A DNA stretch of 64,000 nucleotides from Bdellovibrionota bacterium (GTDB taxonomy: Bacteria; Bdellovibrionota_C; UBA2361; JAAYZI01): NCBI GenBank assembly GCA_050950765.1, contig JBMNIF010000005.1, positions 1-64,000 of the forward strand. The letters are read 5' to 3'. The notes under the pieces are model-generated. The model was not told the origin of the DNA. It worked only from the letters and a program-made list of their open reading frames with translations, and made no database searches. The translations under genes and the position numbers were made by a program. This document shows, one piece after another, positions 9,179 to 19,176 of the stretch (positions are counted from its first letter, which is position 1; each line of letters starts with the position of its first letter).

Positions 9179-9955
9179 CTAAAGCATTTCGGCGAAGCCT
9201 TCTCGGCAGCGATTAAAAACCAAATTCCCTAAAAATAGCGCAAAGATTGCTGACACTAATAAACACACTAACGTAGAGATTTGCGGGAAAACGCCTTCTA
9301 AAATTAGATTATGATAGCAGACGGTTAACGCCGCGAAAGGATTCAACTTTAACGTAATTTGAAATCTCTCCGGCACTTGCGAAACGGGATAAATGATCGG
9401 GCACAAAAAAAAGAGAAATGTCAGCAAGTTTCCAACAACATGCTGCACATCCCGATATTTTACATTTAAAGCACTTAAAAAAAGTACCGCGCCATGTAAT
9501 ATTAAAAATTGCAAAAAGATTATTAGCGGCAATGCCAGTGCGGTCAGATGAATCGGCATCCCAGCAATAAGCATGAAGACAAATAGTAGTGGTAACGCTA
9601 AAAGAAAATGAATCATGTTAGTTAAGATAGAAACCGTCGGAAGGATCTGCGCTGGAAACATTGATTTTGTAATGAGATTCCCCCCAGCAACAATGGCAGA
9701 AGTCCCTTCACTAAGCCCACCCGTCACCCATAACCAAGGCAAAAGTCCGCAAAAAAGAAAAATCGCATAGTTTTCGACATCAAATCTCATGTAAAACTTA
9801 AAAACCAACGTATAAACCAACATCAAACATAAAGGATTAAGGAATGACCAAAAAAATCCTAAAATTGACCCTCGATAGCGCATTGAAAGATATCTCACGA
9901 CCAGTGCTGTAATTAAGGTGCGATATCTCCATAATTCAAGAAAATTTTGCAACAC
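9179..9955 (-). CDS. wzm: Polysaccharide ABC exporter permease (Wzm)
   Basis: RYRGSILGFFWSFLNPL, YRDVQH, PIIYP and LNPF motifs. Confidence 0.9.
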   Translation of the reverse strand: MLQNFLELWRYRTLITALVVRYLSMRYRGSILGFFWSFLNPLCLMLVYTLVFKFYMRFDVENYAIFLFCGLLPWLWVTGGLSEGTSAIVAGGNLITKSMFPAQILPTVSILTNMIHFLLALPLLFVFMLIAGMPIHLTALALPLIIFLQFLILHGAVLFLSALNVKYRDVQHVVGNLLTFLFFLCPIIYPVSQVPERFQITLKLNPFAALTVCYHNLILEGVFPQISTLVCLLVSAIFALFLGNLVFNRCREGFAEML

Positions 9956-9991
9956 AGTCCCCTACCTTATCAGAAAAAAGAAAAGCTTATC

Positions 9992-11323
9992 TCAGATCTC
10001 CCAAGTATGCTCCGGCACATAAACCCCGATCTCTTTATATTTAGATCGTACAACAAAACCAACAGCAGCTACGTGATAATCGTACGGATAACCATCAGGC
10101 GCATGCACTGCCACATCAAGAGAATATTTACCATCTAACAGACCTAATCTTTTTATGCGACATTTAACAGTACCACTATCTTTTAAAGATTGAATTTTAA
10201 TCTGTTCAATATCAGTATTAGTGCCGTAAATATGCAGCCCATCACTACGTTTAATCCCGATGCCGAAGGCTACCTCAGGCACCTCTGCATGCTTTATATA
10301 ATTAATCTCAATGTTCAAAGTATCATCAGGGTGAAACAACACCCCAACACTATCGCCACTAAGTAATCTAACAGATGTTATTTCAATTTCTCGACTACCC
10401 CAGCGCTCTTTTTTTTCGAGCATAGCCTCAGAATCAATTTCTAAGTTTACTTGATCTTGAGAATCGGAGGAGGCGTTATCCAATTTAGTTGCAGCACGCT
10501 GATCTCCCGTCATCAACTCCAATTCCTCACCCTTTTCAACGAACTGTCGATAGTGATCCAAGACCCGCCTAGGCTCACCACGATCCTTAACCTCCCCCTG
10601 ATCCAACCATAAAACTTCATCACACCAACGCTCAACAGCTGCCAAATCATGAGTGACCAGCATCAACGTTTTACCATCAGAACGTAATTGAGTAATTCGA
10701 TCTTTGCACTTCGTAATAAACGCCGCATCACCAACAGCCAAAACTTCGTCAATTAGCAATACATCAGGATCTGTATGAATAGCTAAACTAAATCCAAGAC
10801 GCATAAACATACCCGAAGAATATGTTCTAATAGGATCATCAATAACATGCCTCAATTCTGCAAAATCAACGATCTCATTAAATCTCTCTTTTATCTCTTT
10901 TCGTGATAAGCCGTGCATCACTCCGCCGAGAAAAAGATTCTCTCTTCCAGTAAAATCTGGATGAAACCCTGCTCCCAATTCAATTAAAGCCGCCACTCTG
11001 CCGTTGACAGCAATCTTACCGGTATCTGGTTTATAAATACCTGTTATTAACTTCAATAATGTTGATTTTCCCGAACCATTTCTACCGATAACACCGACAG
11101 AAGCTCCCTGTGGAATCCGCATCGTTAAATTTTTTACGGCATCCGTATAACGAGCCTCCCCTTTTACTTTTCTCGCAAAAAGAGAAGAGAGTAGCGAACT
11201 TTTTAAAGTCGTATAACCACCAGCATGATTGACAGTGACTCGTTTAAAACGCTTCTGTAAGCCAACAATATCAATGGCATATTCAATGCCAGAGCCACAA
11301 TCTTTTGAATTAATATTTCCCAT
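9992..11323 (-). CDS. wzt: Polysaccharide ABC exporter ATPase with Wzt C-terminal domain
   Basis: GRNGSGKST, YSSGMFMRLGF, DEVLAVGD and C-terminal beta-sandwich region. Confidence 0.92.
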   Translation of the reverse strand: MGNINSKDCGSGIEYAIDIVGLQKRFKRVTVNHAGGYTTLKSSLLSSLFARKVKGEARYTDAVKNLTMRIPQGASVGVIGRNGSGKSTLLKLITGIYKPDTGKIAVNGRVAALIELGAGFHPDFTGRENLFLGGVMHGLSRKEIKERFNEIVDFAELRHVIDDPIRTYSSGMFMRLGFSLAIHTDPDVLLIDEVLAVGDAAFITKCKDRITQLRSDGKTLMLVTHDLAAVERWCDEVLWLDQGEVKDRGEPRRVLDHYRQFVEKGEELELMTGDQRAATKLDNASSDSQDQVNLEIDSEAMLEKKERWGSREIEITSVRLLSGDSVGVLFHPDDTLNIEINYIKHAEVPEVAFGIGIKRSDGLHIYGTNTDIEQIKIQSLKDSGTVKCRIKRLGLLDGKYSLDVAVHAPDGYPYDYHVAAVGFVVRSKYKEIGVYVPEHTWEI

Positions 11324-11346
11324 CAGAAAACCATCAGCAACCTATT

Positions 11347-12861
11347 TTAAGCTTCCGCAATACGACTTTTCACAACCTCCAAAGCAGAATCGATAAGGAT
11401 CCTTTCTTGCTTCGTAGTATCACGATCTCTAATCGTCACAGTAGAATCTTCAAGAGTTTGATGGTCAACCGTTAAGCAATATGGAGTACCGGCTTCATCA
11501 TGTCTTGCATATCGTTTTCCTATGGAGTGCTGTTCATCATAACTCGCATTTATTCCAGCTTTATAGAAACGATTAACAATATCTCTAGCAACTTCTGGCA
11601 AACCGTCCTTTTTAACTAACGGCAAAACAGCAGCTTTAATCGGAGAGAGTTTTGGATTTAATTTAAGAAGCACCCTACTCTTTTCATTTCCATCAGCATC
11701 AACTCCCTTCTCTTCGGTATAAGCATCCAAGAGATACGCCAAGACAGCTCTAGTTAAACCGGCAGATGGCTCAATTACATACGGAATATAACGCCAACCC
11801 AGTTTCCCAGTCTCAGGGTCATTCTTTTGTTGATCAAAATAAGACAACTTCGTTTTTGAGTATTCCGAATGTTTTCTCAGATCATAATCAGTTCTAGATG
11901 CAATCCCCTCCAACTCATCCCAGCCCCACGGATACTTATACTCTATATCAAAGCATCCATCAGCATAATGCGCCAATTCTTCCTGCTCGTGTTGCCTAAG
12001 TCTAAAGTTCTGCCCATTATTGGCAAGGTTCATCCACCACTGCATGCGCTCCTTAGTCCAATAATCCATCCATTCAGCTTGAGTGTTAGGTTCAACAAAG
12101 AACTCCATCTCCATCTGCTCGAATTCACAAGTCCTAAAAATATATCTTTCTGTGGTGATCTCATTACGAAAAGATTTGCCCTGCTGTGCAATCCCAAACG
12201 GCACCTTCATAGCCATTGTCTGTTGCACATTAAGGAATTGCACAAACATCGCCTGTGCAGTTTCAGGTCTTAGATAGATCGCAGAAGGCTTTAAAGCTTC
12301 ATCAACAACAGCACGCAATTCTTGTCTGCTTAATTGTTTATCACCAACAGCTTCAACAATACGCTCAATTACATCAACAGGTCCAATTGAGGAGCGAAAC
12401 ATTAAATTAAACTGTCTTTCATTAGATAGATCAGAACTACCGCAAACAGGGCAAACGTAACCACACTCCCCCACAACTCCATGTAACTCCTCGCCTTTAT
12501 CTTTGCCGCCTTTGATGTATACGACGTTCTCTCCTAGATTTTTTTGTGGCGCTTTATCAGCACGGAAACGCTCTTTACAGTTATGACAATCTACTAACGG
12601 GTCTGCGAAACCTGACAAATGCCCACTAGCCTCCCAAACTCGTGGATGCATCACAATGGAGGCATCAATACCGACAACGTTCTCCCTTTCGAGAACCATA
12701 TTCTTCCACCATTCGGTTGCGATATTACGCTTCAACTCTACCCCTAATGGGCCATAGTCATAAGCTGATTTTAAACCACCATAAATCTCACTACTCTGGA
12801 ATACGAATCCTCGCCTTTTACAAAGAGAGATCAACTTTGTCATTAAGTCTAAATCAGCCAC
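11347..12861 (-). CDS. glyQS: Glycine--tRNA ligase, homodimeric type
   Basis: LCKRRGF..SSEIYGG, LRPETAQ, GKSFRNEI, ELEGIASR and IEPSAG motifs. Confidence 0.96.
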   Translation of the reverse strand: MADLDLMTKLISLCKRRGFVFQSSEIYGGLKSAYDYGPLGVELKRNIATEWWKNMVLERENVVGIDASIVMHPRVWEASGHLSGFADPLVDCHNCKERFRADKAPQKNLGENVVYIKGGKDKGEELHGVVGECGYVCPVCGSSDLSNERQFNLMFRSSIGPVDVIERIVEAVGDKQLSRQELRAVVDEALKPSAIYLRPETAQAMFVQFLNVQQTMAMKVPFGIAQQGKSFRNEITTERYIFRTCEFEQMEMEFFVEPNTQAEWMDYWTKERMQWWMNLANNGQNFRLRQHEQEELAHYADGCFDIEYKYPWGWDELEGIASRTDYDLRKHSEYSKTKLSYFDQQKNDPETGKLGWRYIPYVIEPSAGLTRAVLAYLLDAYTEEKGVDADGNEKSRVLLKLNPKLSPIKAAVLPLVKKDGLPEVARDIVNRFYKAGINASYDEQHSIGKRYARHDEAGTPYCLTVDHQTLEDSTVTIRDRDTTKQERILIDSALEVVKSRIAEA

Positions 12862-13028
12862 GAATCAACCTCCTAAGAATATTCAGATTATCCTAACGTA
12901 AAGAATAAATATCACTGGCGCGGAGAATAAACCAAGATCGACGTTTAAAGGAACCCTTTAAAGATAAGTTTTTGAAACTTTTGCTATTTTTTAGCCTTAA
13001 TAATTCAATTGTTATATTTTTTGCTTAT

Positions 13029-14392
13029 TTAATCTCGAATTTTCTCGCTTTTACAAGACATCAAACTGAAGCCGCAGCTAAACCCAGTGAATCGTCCGAA
13101 TTAATGGGTGGCACCAGATCCAACCGCAGCTAAAGTCAGCCGATCCCGCCTAAATTGAAGGGTGGCACCAGATTCCTGTCACGCTTTTCAGTATCAGCCC
13201 GTTCAATTGTCCCTGATGGGTGGCACCAAATTTTTAACCCCCGTCAAAATCTACTCGACCCCGTCTGCTGATATCAGCCCGTTCGATTGTCCCTGAAGGG
13301 TGTCACTAAATTCAGCCGCAGCTAAACCCAGTGAACCGTCCAAATTAATGGGTGGCACCAGATCCAACCGCAGCTAAAGTCAGTCGATCCCGCCTAAATT
13401 GAAGGGTGGCACCAGATTCCTGTCACGCTTTTCAGTATCAGCTCGCTCAATTGTCCCTGATGGGTTGCACCAAATTCCTGACTCAATTGCCCTGATGGGT
13501 GGCACCAAAACCGCTCTACCCGTCTTGCTGAAGGGTGGCACCAGATCCAACCGCAGCTAAAGTCAGCCGATCCCGCCTAAATTGAAGGGTGGCACCAGAT
13601 TCCTGTCAACTTAATCTCGAATTTTCTCGCTTTTACAAGACATCAAACTGAAGCCGCAGCTAAACCCAGTGAATCGTCCGAATTAATGGGTGGCACCAAA
13701 ACTGCCGAATCTGAAGCCTTATACTAACATCTTGATATTATTAAAAGTTGTAATTTTAGAGAAATCTAGCTGATTCCGTCTTGCTGAAGGGTGGCACCAA
13801 ATTTTTAATCCCTGTCAAAATCTACTCGATCCCGTCTGCTGATATCAGCCCGTTCGATTGTCCCTGAAGGGATCGTCCGAATTAATGGGTGGCACCAGAT
13901 CCAACCGCAGCTAAAGTCAGCCGATCCCGCCTAAATTGAAGGGTGGCACCAAATTCCTGTCACGCTTTTCAGTATCAGCTCGTTCAATTGTCCCTGATGG
14001 GTGGCACTAAATTCAGCCGCAGCTAAACCCAGTGAATCGTCCGAATTAATGGGTGGCACCAGATCCAACCGCAGCTAAAGTCAGCCGATCCCGCCTAAAT
14101 TGAAGGGTGGCACCAAATTCCTGTCACGCTTTTCAGTTTCAGCCCGTTCGATTGTCCCTGAAGGGATCGTCCGAATTAATGGGTGGCACCAGATTTACCC
14201 CCAGATCCAGCCACAACTAAAGCTAGCTGAATCGTCCGAATTAACGGGTGCCCAAATTAATGGGTGGCACCAGATCCAACCGCAGCTAAAGTCAGCCGAT
14301 CCCGCCTAAATTGAAGGGTGGTACCAAATTCCTGTCACGCTTTTCAGTATCAGCCCGCTCAATTGTCCCTGAAGGGTGGCACTAAATTCCTG
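13029..14392. repeat. Modular REP/BIME-like array 2 (about 21 cores)
   Basis: Repeated GGGTGGCACCA with array-specific linkers such as GATCCAACCGCAGCTAAAGTCAGCCGATCCCGCCTAAATTGAA; about 88 bp (13029-13116) duplicated at 13611-13698. Confidence 0.92.
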
Positions 14393-14393
14393 A

Positions 14394-15845
14394 CTAGCAG
14401 CCTGCTCTGATAGCTGTGATCTCTTTAATAACTTTTTTCGGTATAAAACGTATTTTACCCTGTTTCCCCTCTGTGGCGATACAAACCACCATCTCTCTCT
14501 GCTGCACTTCTGTCTGTTGTTCTTTCTCTAAGATTTTCGGTAGCCGTAACATCACATCAAAAATAAAGATCTCTTTTCCCTCTGTCATGCTATCCGGAAT
14601 CTTTAAGCGCCTATCCTCTTTATACGTTTCAATAGTGGTAAACGTTTTTACAAAATCAATTTCTTCTTCCGTCATCTCTTCCGCAACTGATTTTAAACGC
14701 TCAATTAATTTAAAAAGCTTTTCATCATCTACATCACTGAACGAACCGATTACGAGGAAAGGTATCTGTCGAAAATGAGGTTCAGTAACTATTAATTTTT
14801 TTATCGGATAACACATTAACGGCACAGCAACTCTAGCAAAACGCAGCTCGGCTCCAAGTTTTTTTTGAATTAAGTTTTTATAATCTCGTTCGGCACGTCG
14901 TAATAGAAGAAGACCAAAGGGGATACCTACTATTGTTAACATGCAAAGAGTGGCAAGTAGCAACGGTTTCACAGGACGTGGAGTGACAAGAGCTAATTTC
15001 TTTAAATATCTTTCACTTGAAATATATTTTTCATACTGTTCGCGCACCGCCGACATAGTGCTGAAATGTTTAGCGTCAACACCGGAGATCATCTCAGATC
15101 TTCGTTTATTGCTGATAACTCTTCCGCTAAGAAAAAGCTCTCCTACAACAATTGCATCCAATTGCGGCAGTTCTGAGGTCACACTTTTATCAAAAACGAC
15201 ATCGATATTTCCCCCTGCAACTGTTAATTGCATGGCATAAAACGTTTTCCCTGAAAAAGAATTTTTCAATTTTTTAATATTAGCAACCTTTCCGGAAACT
15301 ATTGCCAAAGGTTGCGCTGGAGCTTTCTCCCCTTTGAGTTTCAAAGTATCTTTCTTAACAATAGCTCCTTGTGGATCTAATCCTCGATGACGTGAGGCAG
15401 AAAACTCCTCCATAGAATTATAGCTATATAATTTCTGTGCAAATCCGGTAATCTGCATTTCAGCTGCAACAGGAAGCGCCAAGCGTTCAACCTTTAACGC
15501 AAAATCGGGGATGTGGATCATGAACTGACTGCTTTCGGCAGACTTTAGCGGATACACCATTAAAGCTCCATCCAACAACAAGCCTGATGGATCGGGGATG
15601 ACACTCTGAATTAAAACAGGATAACATGATTTGCCATTATAAAAAGGACGAGAACCGAGGATCTCTCCTGAAGATCCAACTTGAGACCAGATTTCACTTC
15701 CTTCTGAGGTTCGATAATGAAGATAAGCCCCTTTATCACCAGAAACATAATCTGCATTTTTCGCTGCAAAGATCTCCAGATCTTTAAGTTGTTCTAAACT
15801 TTCAATCGAAAAACCTACCGCTTTTAAATTATTAAATAATTGCAT
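14394..15845 (-). CDS. Hypothetical membrane-anchored protein
   Basis: 483-aa ORF with a hydrophobic segment (LLLATLCMLTIVGIPFGLLLL) about two-thirds along. Confidence 0.7.
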   Translation of the reverse strand: MQLFNNLKAVGFSIESLEQLKDLEIFAAKNADYVSGDKGAYLHYRTSEGSEIWSQVGSSGEILGSRPFYNGKSCYPVLIQSVIPDPSGLLLDGALMVYPLKSAESSQFMIHIPDFALKVERLALPVAAEMQITGFAQKLYSYNSMEEFSASRHRGLDPQGAIVKKDTLKLKGEKAPAQPLAIVSGKVANIKKLKNSFSGKTFYAMQLTVAGGNIDVVFDKSVTSELPQLDAIVVGELFLSGRVISNKRRSEMISGVDAKHFSTMSAVREQYEKYISSERYLKKLALVTPRPVKPLLLATLCMLTIVGIPFGLLLLRRAERDYKNLIQKKLGAELRFARVAVPLMCYPIKKLIVTEPHFRQIPFLVIGSFSDVDDEKLFKLIERLKSVAEEMTEEEIDFVKTFTTIETYKEDRRLKIPDSMTEGKEIFIFDVMLRLPKILEKEQQTEVQQREMVVCIATEGKQGKIRFIPKKVIKEITAIRAGC

Positions 15846-16114
15846 CGCATTTCCAAAACGATATAAAAAAATCGATATAGCCCCACCCGCTTTTCTTTAA
15901 ACAGAACTGTCCTGCTCTTAGATGCAACTAACGAGCGCTTTTACACATATTTTTAATTTCTATATTTCGTTAACAAAATAACTACTCGATATTATTAGTA
16001 GTAATTGGCTTTGAGGGTGTCAAAAGTCAGATTTAATGGTGTTAAAGCGCATCTATTACGCAATAGATAAACCGTCACACTAAAAACCCAACTATTTTGA
16101 ATAGACCAAAATCT

Positions 16115-16175
16115 GGAAGGGTGGCACCAGATCTAACCGCCCGAGCTGAGACCCAGCTGAAGGGCGGCACTAAAT
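16115..16175. repeat. Short REP-like remnant (2 cores)
   Basis: GAAGGGTGGCACCAGATC and GAAGGGCGGCACTAAATT. Confidence 0.75.
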
Positions 16176-16228
16176 TTTACAACTTTATTTATTTTAGACA
16201 CGCAACAACACTTAATTTTGACTTAAGC

Positions 16229-17803
16229 CCTAACTCTTCACGTTTGCGTAATATGAATTTTTAATTTTTCTAAAATTTTTTGTGTTTTACCTGAAATCTC
16301 ACTTACTACCCACGAGTCTCCGATTTTTAAATAACTTATATATTTAAGATGTGTAATAAATTCTTGAATGGAATATTTAGAAATAAGTTCACTTTCTTTA
16401 AGTTTATGATATATCAAATAAACAAGCATAAGTGAAATATGGTTTATGAACGCCCAAGCTTCAATCGCATATTTATCTTGCAAGTATACACGATCTTGCT
16501 CTAATAGGTTTTTTAAAAAATCGAATGTCATCTCTATTTCATTTCTTGCCTTATATAAACAAAATACCTTGTCGCATGGTAAATCGAGATTTGTTTGAAA
16601 AGTAATCGTTCCGAATTGGTATTGTTTATCGATAAAACCTTCTTTTGTGTAGCCTTCTATATTCTCTTGAACTCTACGCAGATAATCAGCCTCTTCTCTA
16701 GCCTTAAGCGATTCATCAAGACAAACAATAAGACGATCTTCGTTTATTTTATATGAGTAAGGCCATATAGGACGAGCATTATGAAAGAAAAAATTTTCAA
16801 ACTTAGACTTGTCTCCACATCTTAAAATCTCTCTGTTTATGTTTGAATTATTGCGCCTTAATGGAACAATATATTTTAAATTAGCTTCTTTTAATAACTT
16901 AAAATTCTCTTGTGAGCCAAACCCTTTATCTGCAACTATTACAGCATCCTTTATACCAGCCTCTTCTATACTCCCCTTAAATGCCCTCACATCTCTTATA
17001 TTTCCAGGAATAACTCTGTAATAAGTGGGAGAACTGTCATCCGCTGAAAAAGCATACATTAAGCCAATTTGAGGATCAAAATCATGATGACTGTTATAGC
17101 CAACTCTATTTATTTCAACATTTTCCGATTTACTTATTATATTTGTTAAATCAAAAAAAAGATAATCAACATCGCAAACATACTCTTTCATAAAACCAAC
17201 TAACTTTGGTCTCTGGCTACCTAGCTCCCTTAAAAACCTTGATATGCTAGAGGAAGATAGAGCAAGCTTTCCGAAGCGTTCAGATAAAAAAGATTTCTCA
17301 TACAAAAAATCAATCCCCTTAAACGGACAACGCTCAATTACTCTTAAAGCAGCAATAGAAAAAATCTTTTGATAATCATTCGGAAACCTATCTTCTAAGC
17401 GATTTAATATGTCTTTTCCTAACTCACAAAGTGTTTTGCTAGCTCCATACTCCTTTGCAGAAACTTCTCCATCTTTGTAAGAACCCCTACGTTTAGGGGG
17501 AATAAGACCCTTATCTTCAGTTATCCTGCCAAGGTATTCTAAGGTAACCTTCTGAGCACGTCCCTTTTCCTTATTCCACACAGAACTTATTTTATACAAA
17601 TAATATTTGCCGTTCCTGTGAACTACCTCAGTGCCTTTCTTTTTTTCTTTCAAAACCCAATCTGGATATGTCATGATATATATCTCCTAACGTATTACGC
17701 AATACGTAATATATAATACACCAATATTTTTAAAGCACAATACCTTTTTTAAAGGATATTTAATTTTTTATTGAAATATATTCCTGAAATATGAAGAGTT
17801 AGG
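16229..17803 (-). mobile_element. IS1634-like insertion sequence
   Basis: 12-bp perfect terminal inverted repeats CCTAACTCTTCA (16229-16240) and TGAAGAGTTAGG (17792-17803) bracket the transposase; no clear target duplication. Confidence 0.8.
16238..17674 (-). CDS. DDE transposase (IS1634/IS4-like)
   Basis: FFDLT, PGNIRD, VADKGF and YKARNEIEMTFDFLKN motifs; N-terminal YYLY..S.WNKEKGRAQK..YLG. Confidence 0.88.
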   Translation of the reverse strand: MTYPDWVLKEKKKGTEVVHRNGKYYLYKISSVWNKEKGRAQKVTLEYLGRITEDKGLIPPKRRGSYKDGEVSAKEYGASKTLCELGKDILNRLEDRFPNDYQKIFSIAALRVIERCPFKGIDFLYEKSFLSERFGKLALSSSSISRFLRELGSQRPKLVGFMKEYVCDVDYLFFDLTNIISKSENVEINRVGYNSHHDFDPQIGLMYAFSADDSSPTYYRVIPGNIRDVRAFKGSIEEAGIKDAVIVADKGFGSQENFKLLKEANLKYIVPLRRNNSNINREILRCGDKSKFENFFFHNARPIWPYSYKINEDRLIVCLDESLKAREEADYLRRVQENIEGYTKEGFIDKQYQFGTITFQTNLDLPCDKVFCLYKARNEIEMTFDFLKNLLEQDRVYLQDKYAIEAWAFINHISLMLVYLIYHKLKESELISKYSIQEFITHLKYISYLKIGDSWVVSEISGKTQKILEKLKIHITQT

Positions 17804-17876
17804 ATTTAATCTTATTCAACAGTACTGCCTTGAACTTCTTTCGTAAGATCTTTTCTCGCGCCAACTTAACGCCAAC

Positions 17877-18728
17877 TTAATCTTGCTCAAGAGCGGTATC
17901 TTGATCTTCCTTTGAGAGATCTTTTCCCGCTCCAGCAAGTGGCCAGTGTCGTTTGACAAAATTACTGGCGTGCTTCTCAATCCGTTTAGTCAAACCGAAT
18001 TGAGGTTTTTTAGCGATAGAAGCTTCTCCTAAAGTTGCACCCAAAATCACCCTTAAAAACTTAGTTATAGCAGGACGCTTTGTAAAAAACTGTTGCAACT
18101 TACGTTGCCTCCAAAACTTTGGAACTTTTGAAATATGTTTTGATAACTCTTTTTGAACCTGTTCAAAATAAAGAAAGAAACTACGTTCAATAGATCCTTC
18201 TACAAAATCACGCCAATGCGGATGGTGGGTATAAGTTACACCCTCTCTCTCATCAACAGGCACTGAGAAATCAAGACTTAGTTTATACGCATCTTCGCGT
18301 TTTATTACCTCTTCGCAGATCTTTTCTAAACGTTCAAGAACTTCGTGAACGAAACCTGCATCATCTCCAGTAATTCCAACACCATCCAAAGAAGATTGTA
18401 AATCTAAAACATCAGGATCGATCATTCGTATTACAAGAAACACCGTATCAATCGTTTCATAGAGTGACGCCAACATATTTTCACGCTCTACAAACATTGC
18501 GCGCGCATCATGTACCGAAGCAGCACGTTCATACCGTCTAGCAGCCATATCAAAACGAGAGATATGACGATCAGCCGACAACAACTCCCTCCAGATGTTA
18601 CAGTGTAGTTGCTCTCGTTCATCAGTACTCAACGCACGTTCTTTTAAGCGTTCGGCGTAGTCAGAGATTGTACCAACATTCGTATCGTGGATCATGATGC
18701 CCCCTTTCGTTAGTATATTGTCGTACAA
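17877..18728 (-). CDS. Hypothetical protein (start possibly ATG 18695)
   Basis: Long uninterrupted ORF; no recognised motif. Confidence 0.65.
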   Translation of the reverse strand: MYDNILTKGGIMIHDTNVGTISDYAERLKERALSTDEREQLHCNIWRELLSADRHISRFDMAARRYERAASVHDARAMFVERENMLASLYETIDTVFLVIRMIDPDVLDLQSSLDGVGITGDDAGFVHEVLERLEKICEEVIKREDAYKLSLDFSVPVDEREGVTYTHHPHWRDFVEGSIERSFFLYFEQVQKELSKHISKVPKFWRQRKLQQFFTKRPAITKFLRVILGATLGEASIAKKPQFGLTKRIEKHASNFVKRHWPLAGAGKDLSKEDQDTALEQD

Positions 18729-19176
18729 CGGAGTCTACCACAGTAATGATACTTAAGATTCATAATTTGTACCATTCGTTTTATTTTTTTTTTGCGCTCC
18801 CGCATATTCTGACCCAATTAATCCATAAGGCATCATCTCGGAAAAATCCCTATTTCCTCAAAACAAATGGCTTTTTGATAGATCGTGCCTTCACAAACTA
18901 TCTAAAAAAGACTCCCTATATTAACCTCACATCCTTTAGAATAAGAAACTTGATCCATACATTTAGACCTTAAATACCTACTGCTGTATAAAAATTTTAA
19001 CCCCCCTACCCCCTATAACATTTTGAAAATACAGCTTTTTTCTGAGCTTATCTAATTTTTCTCTTATCTCGCCTTATAAAATCAGATCTCTCTCCTTTGT
19101 TGGCAGCCTTAGATCGTTCATGATATAGTCAGGTGTCAGTATGTCTGTATTTTCCCTTATTATTTAGAGGAGTTAG

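Noticed and set aside
14100..14309. Short ORFs inside repeat arrays (also 7495-7758, 33552-33807, 41435-41635)
   Set aside because: They are translations of the repeat core (GWHQ, GGTK, GATL, VPP) with no RBS or coding support.
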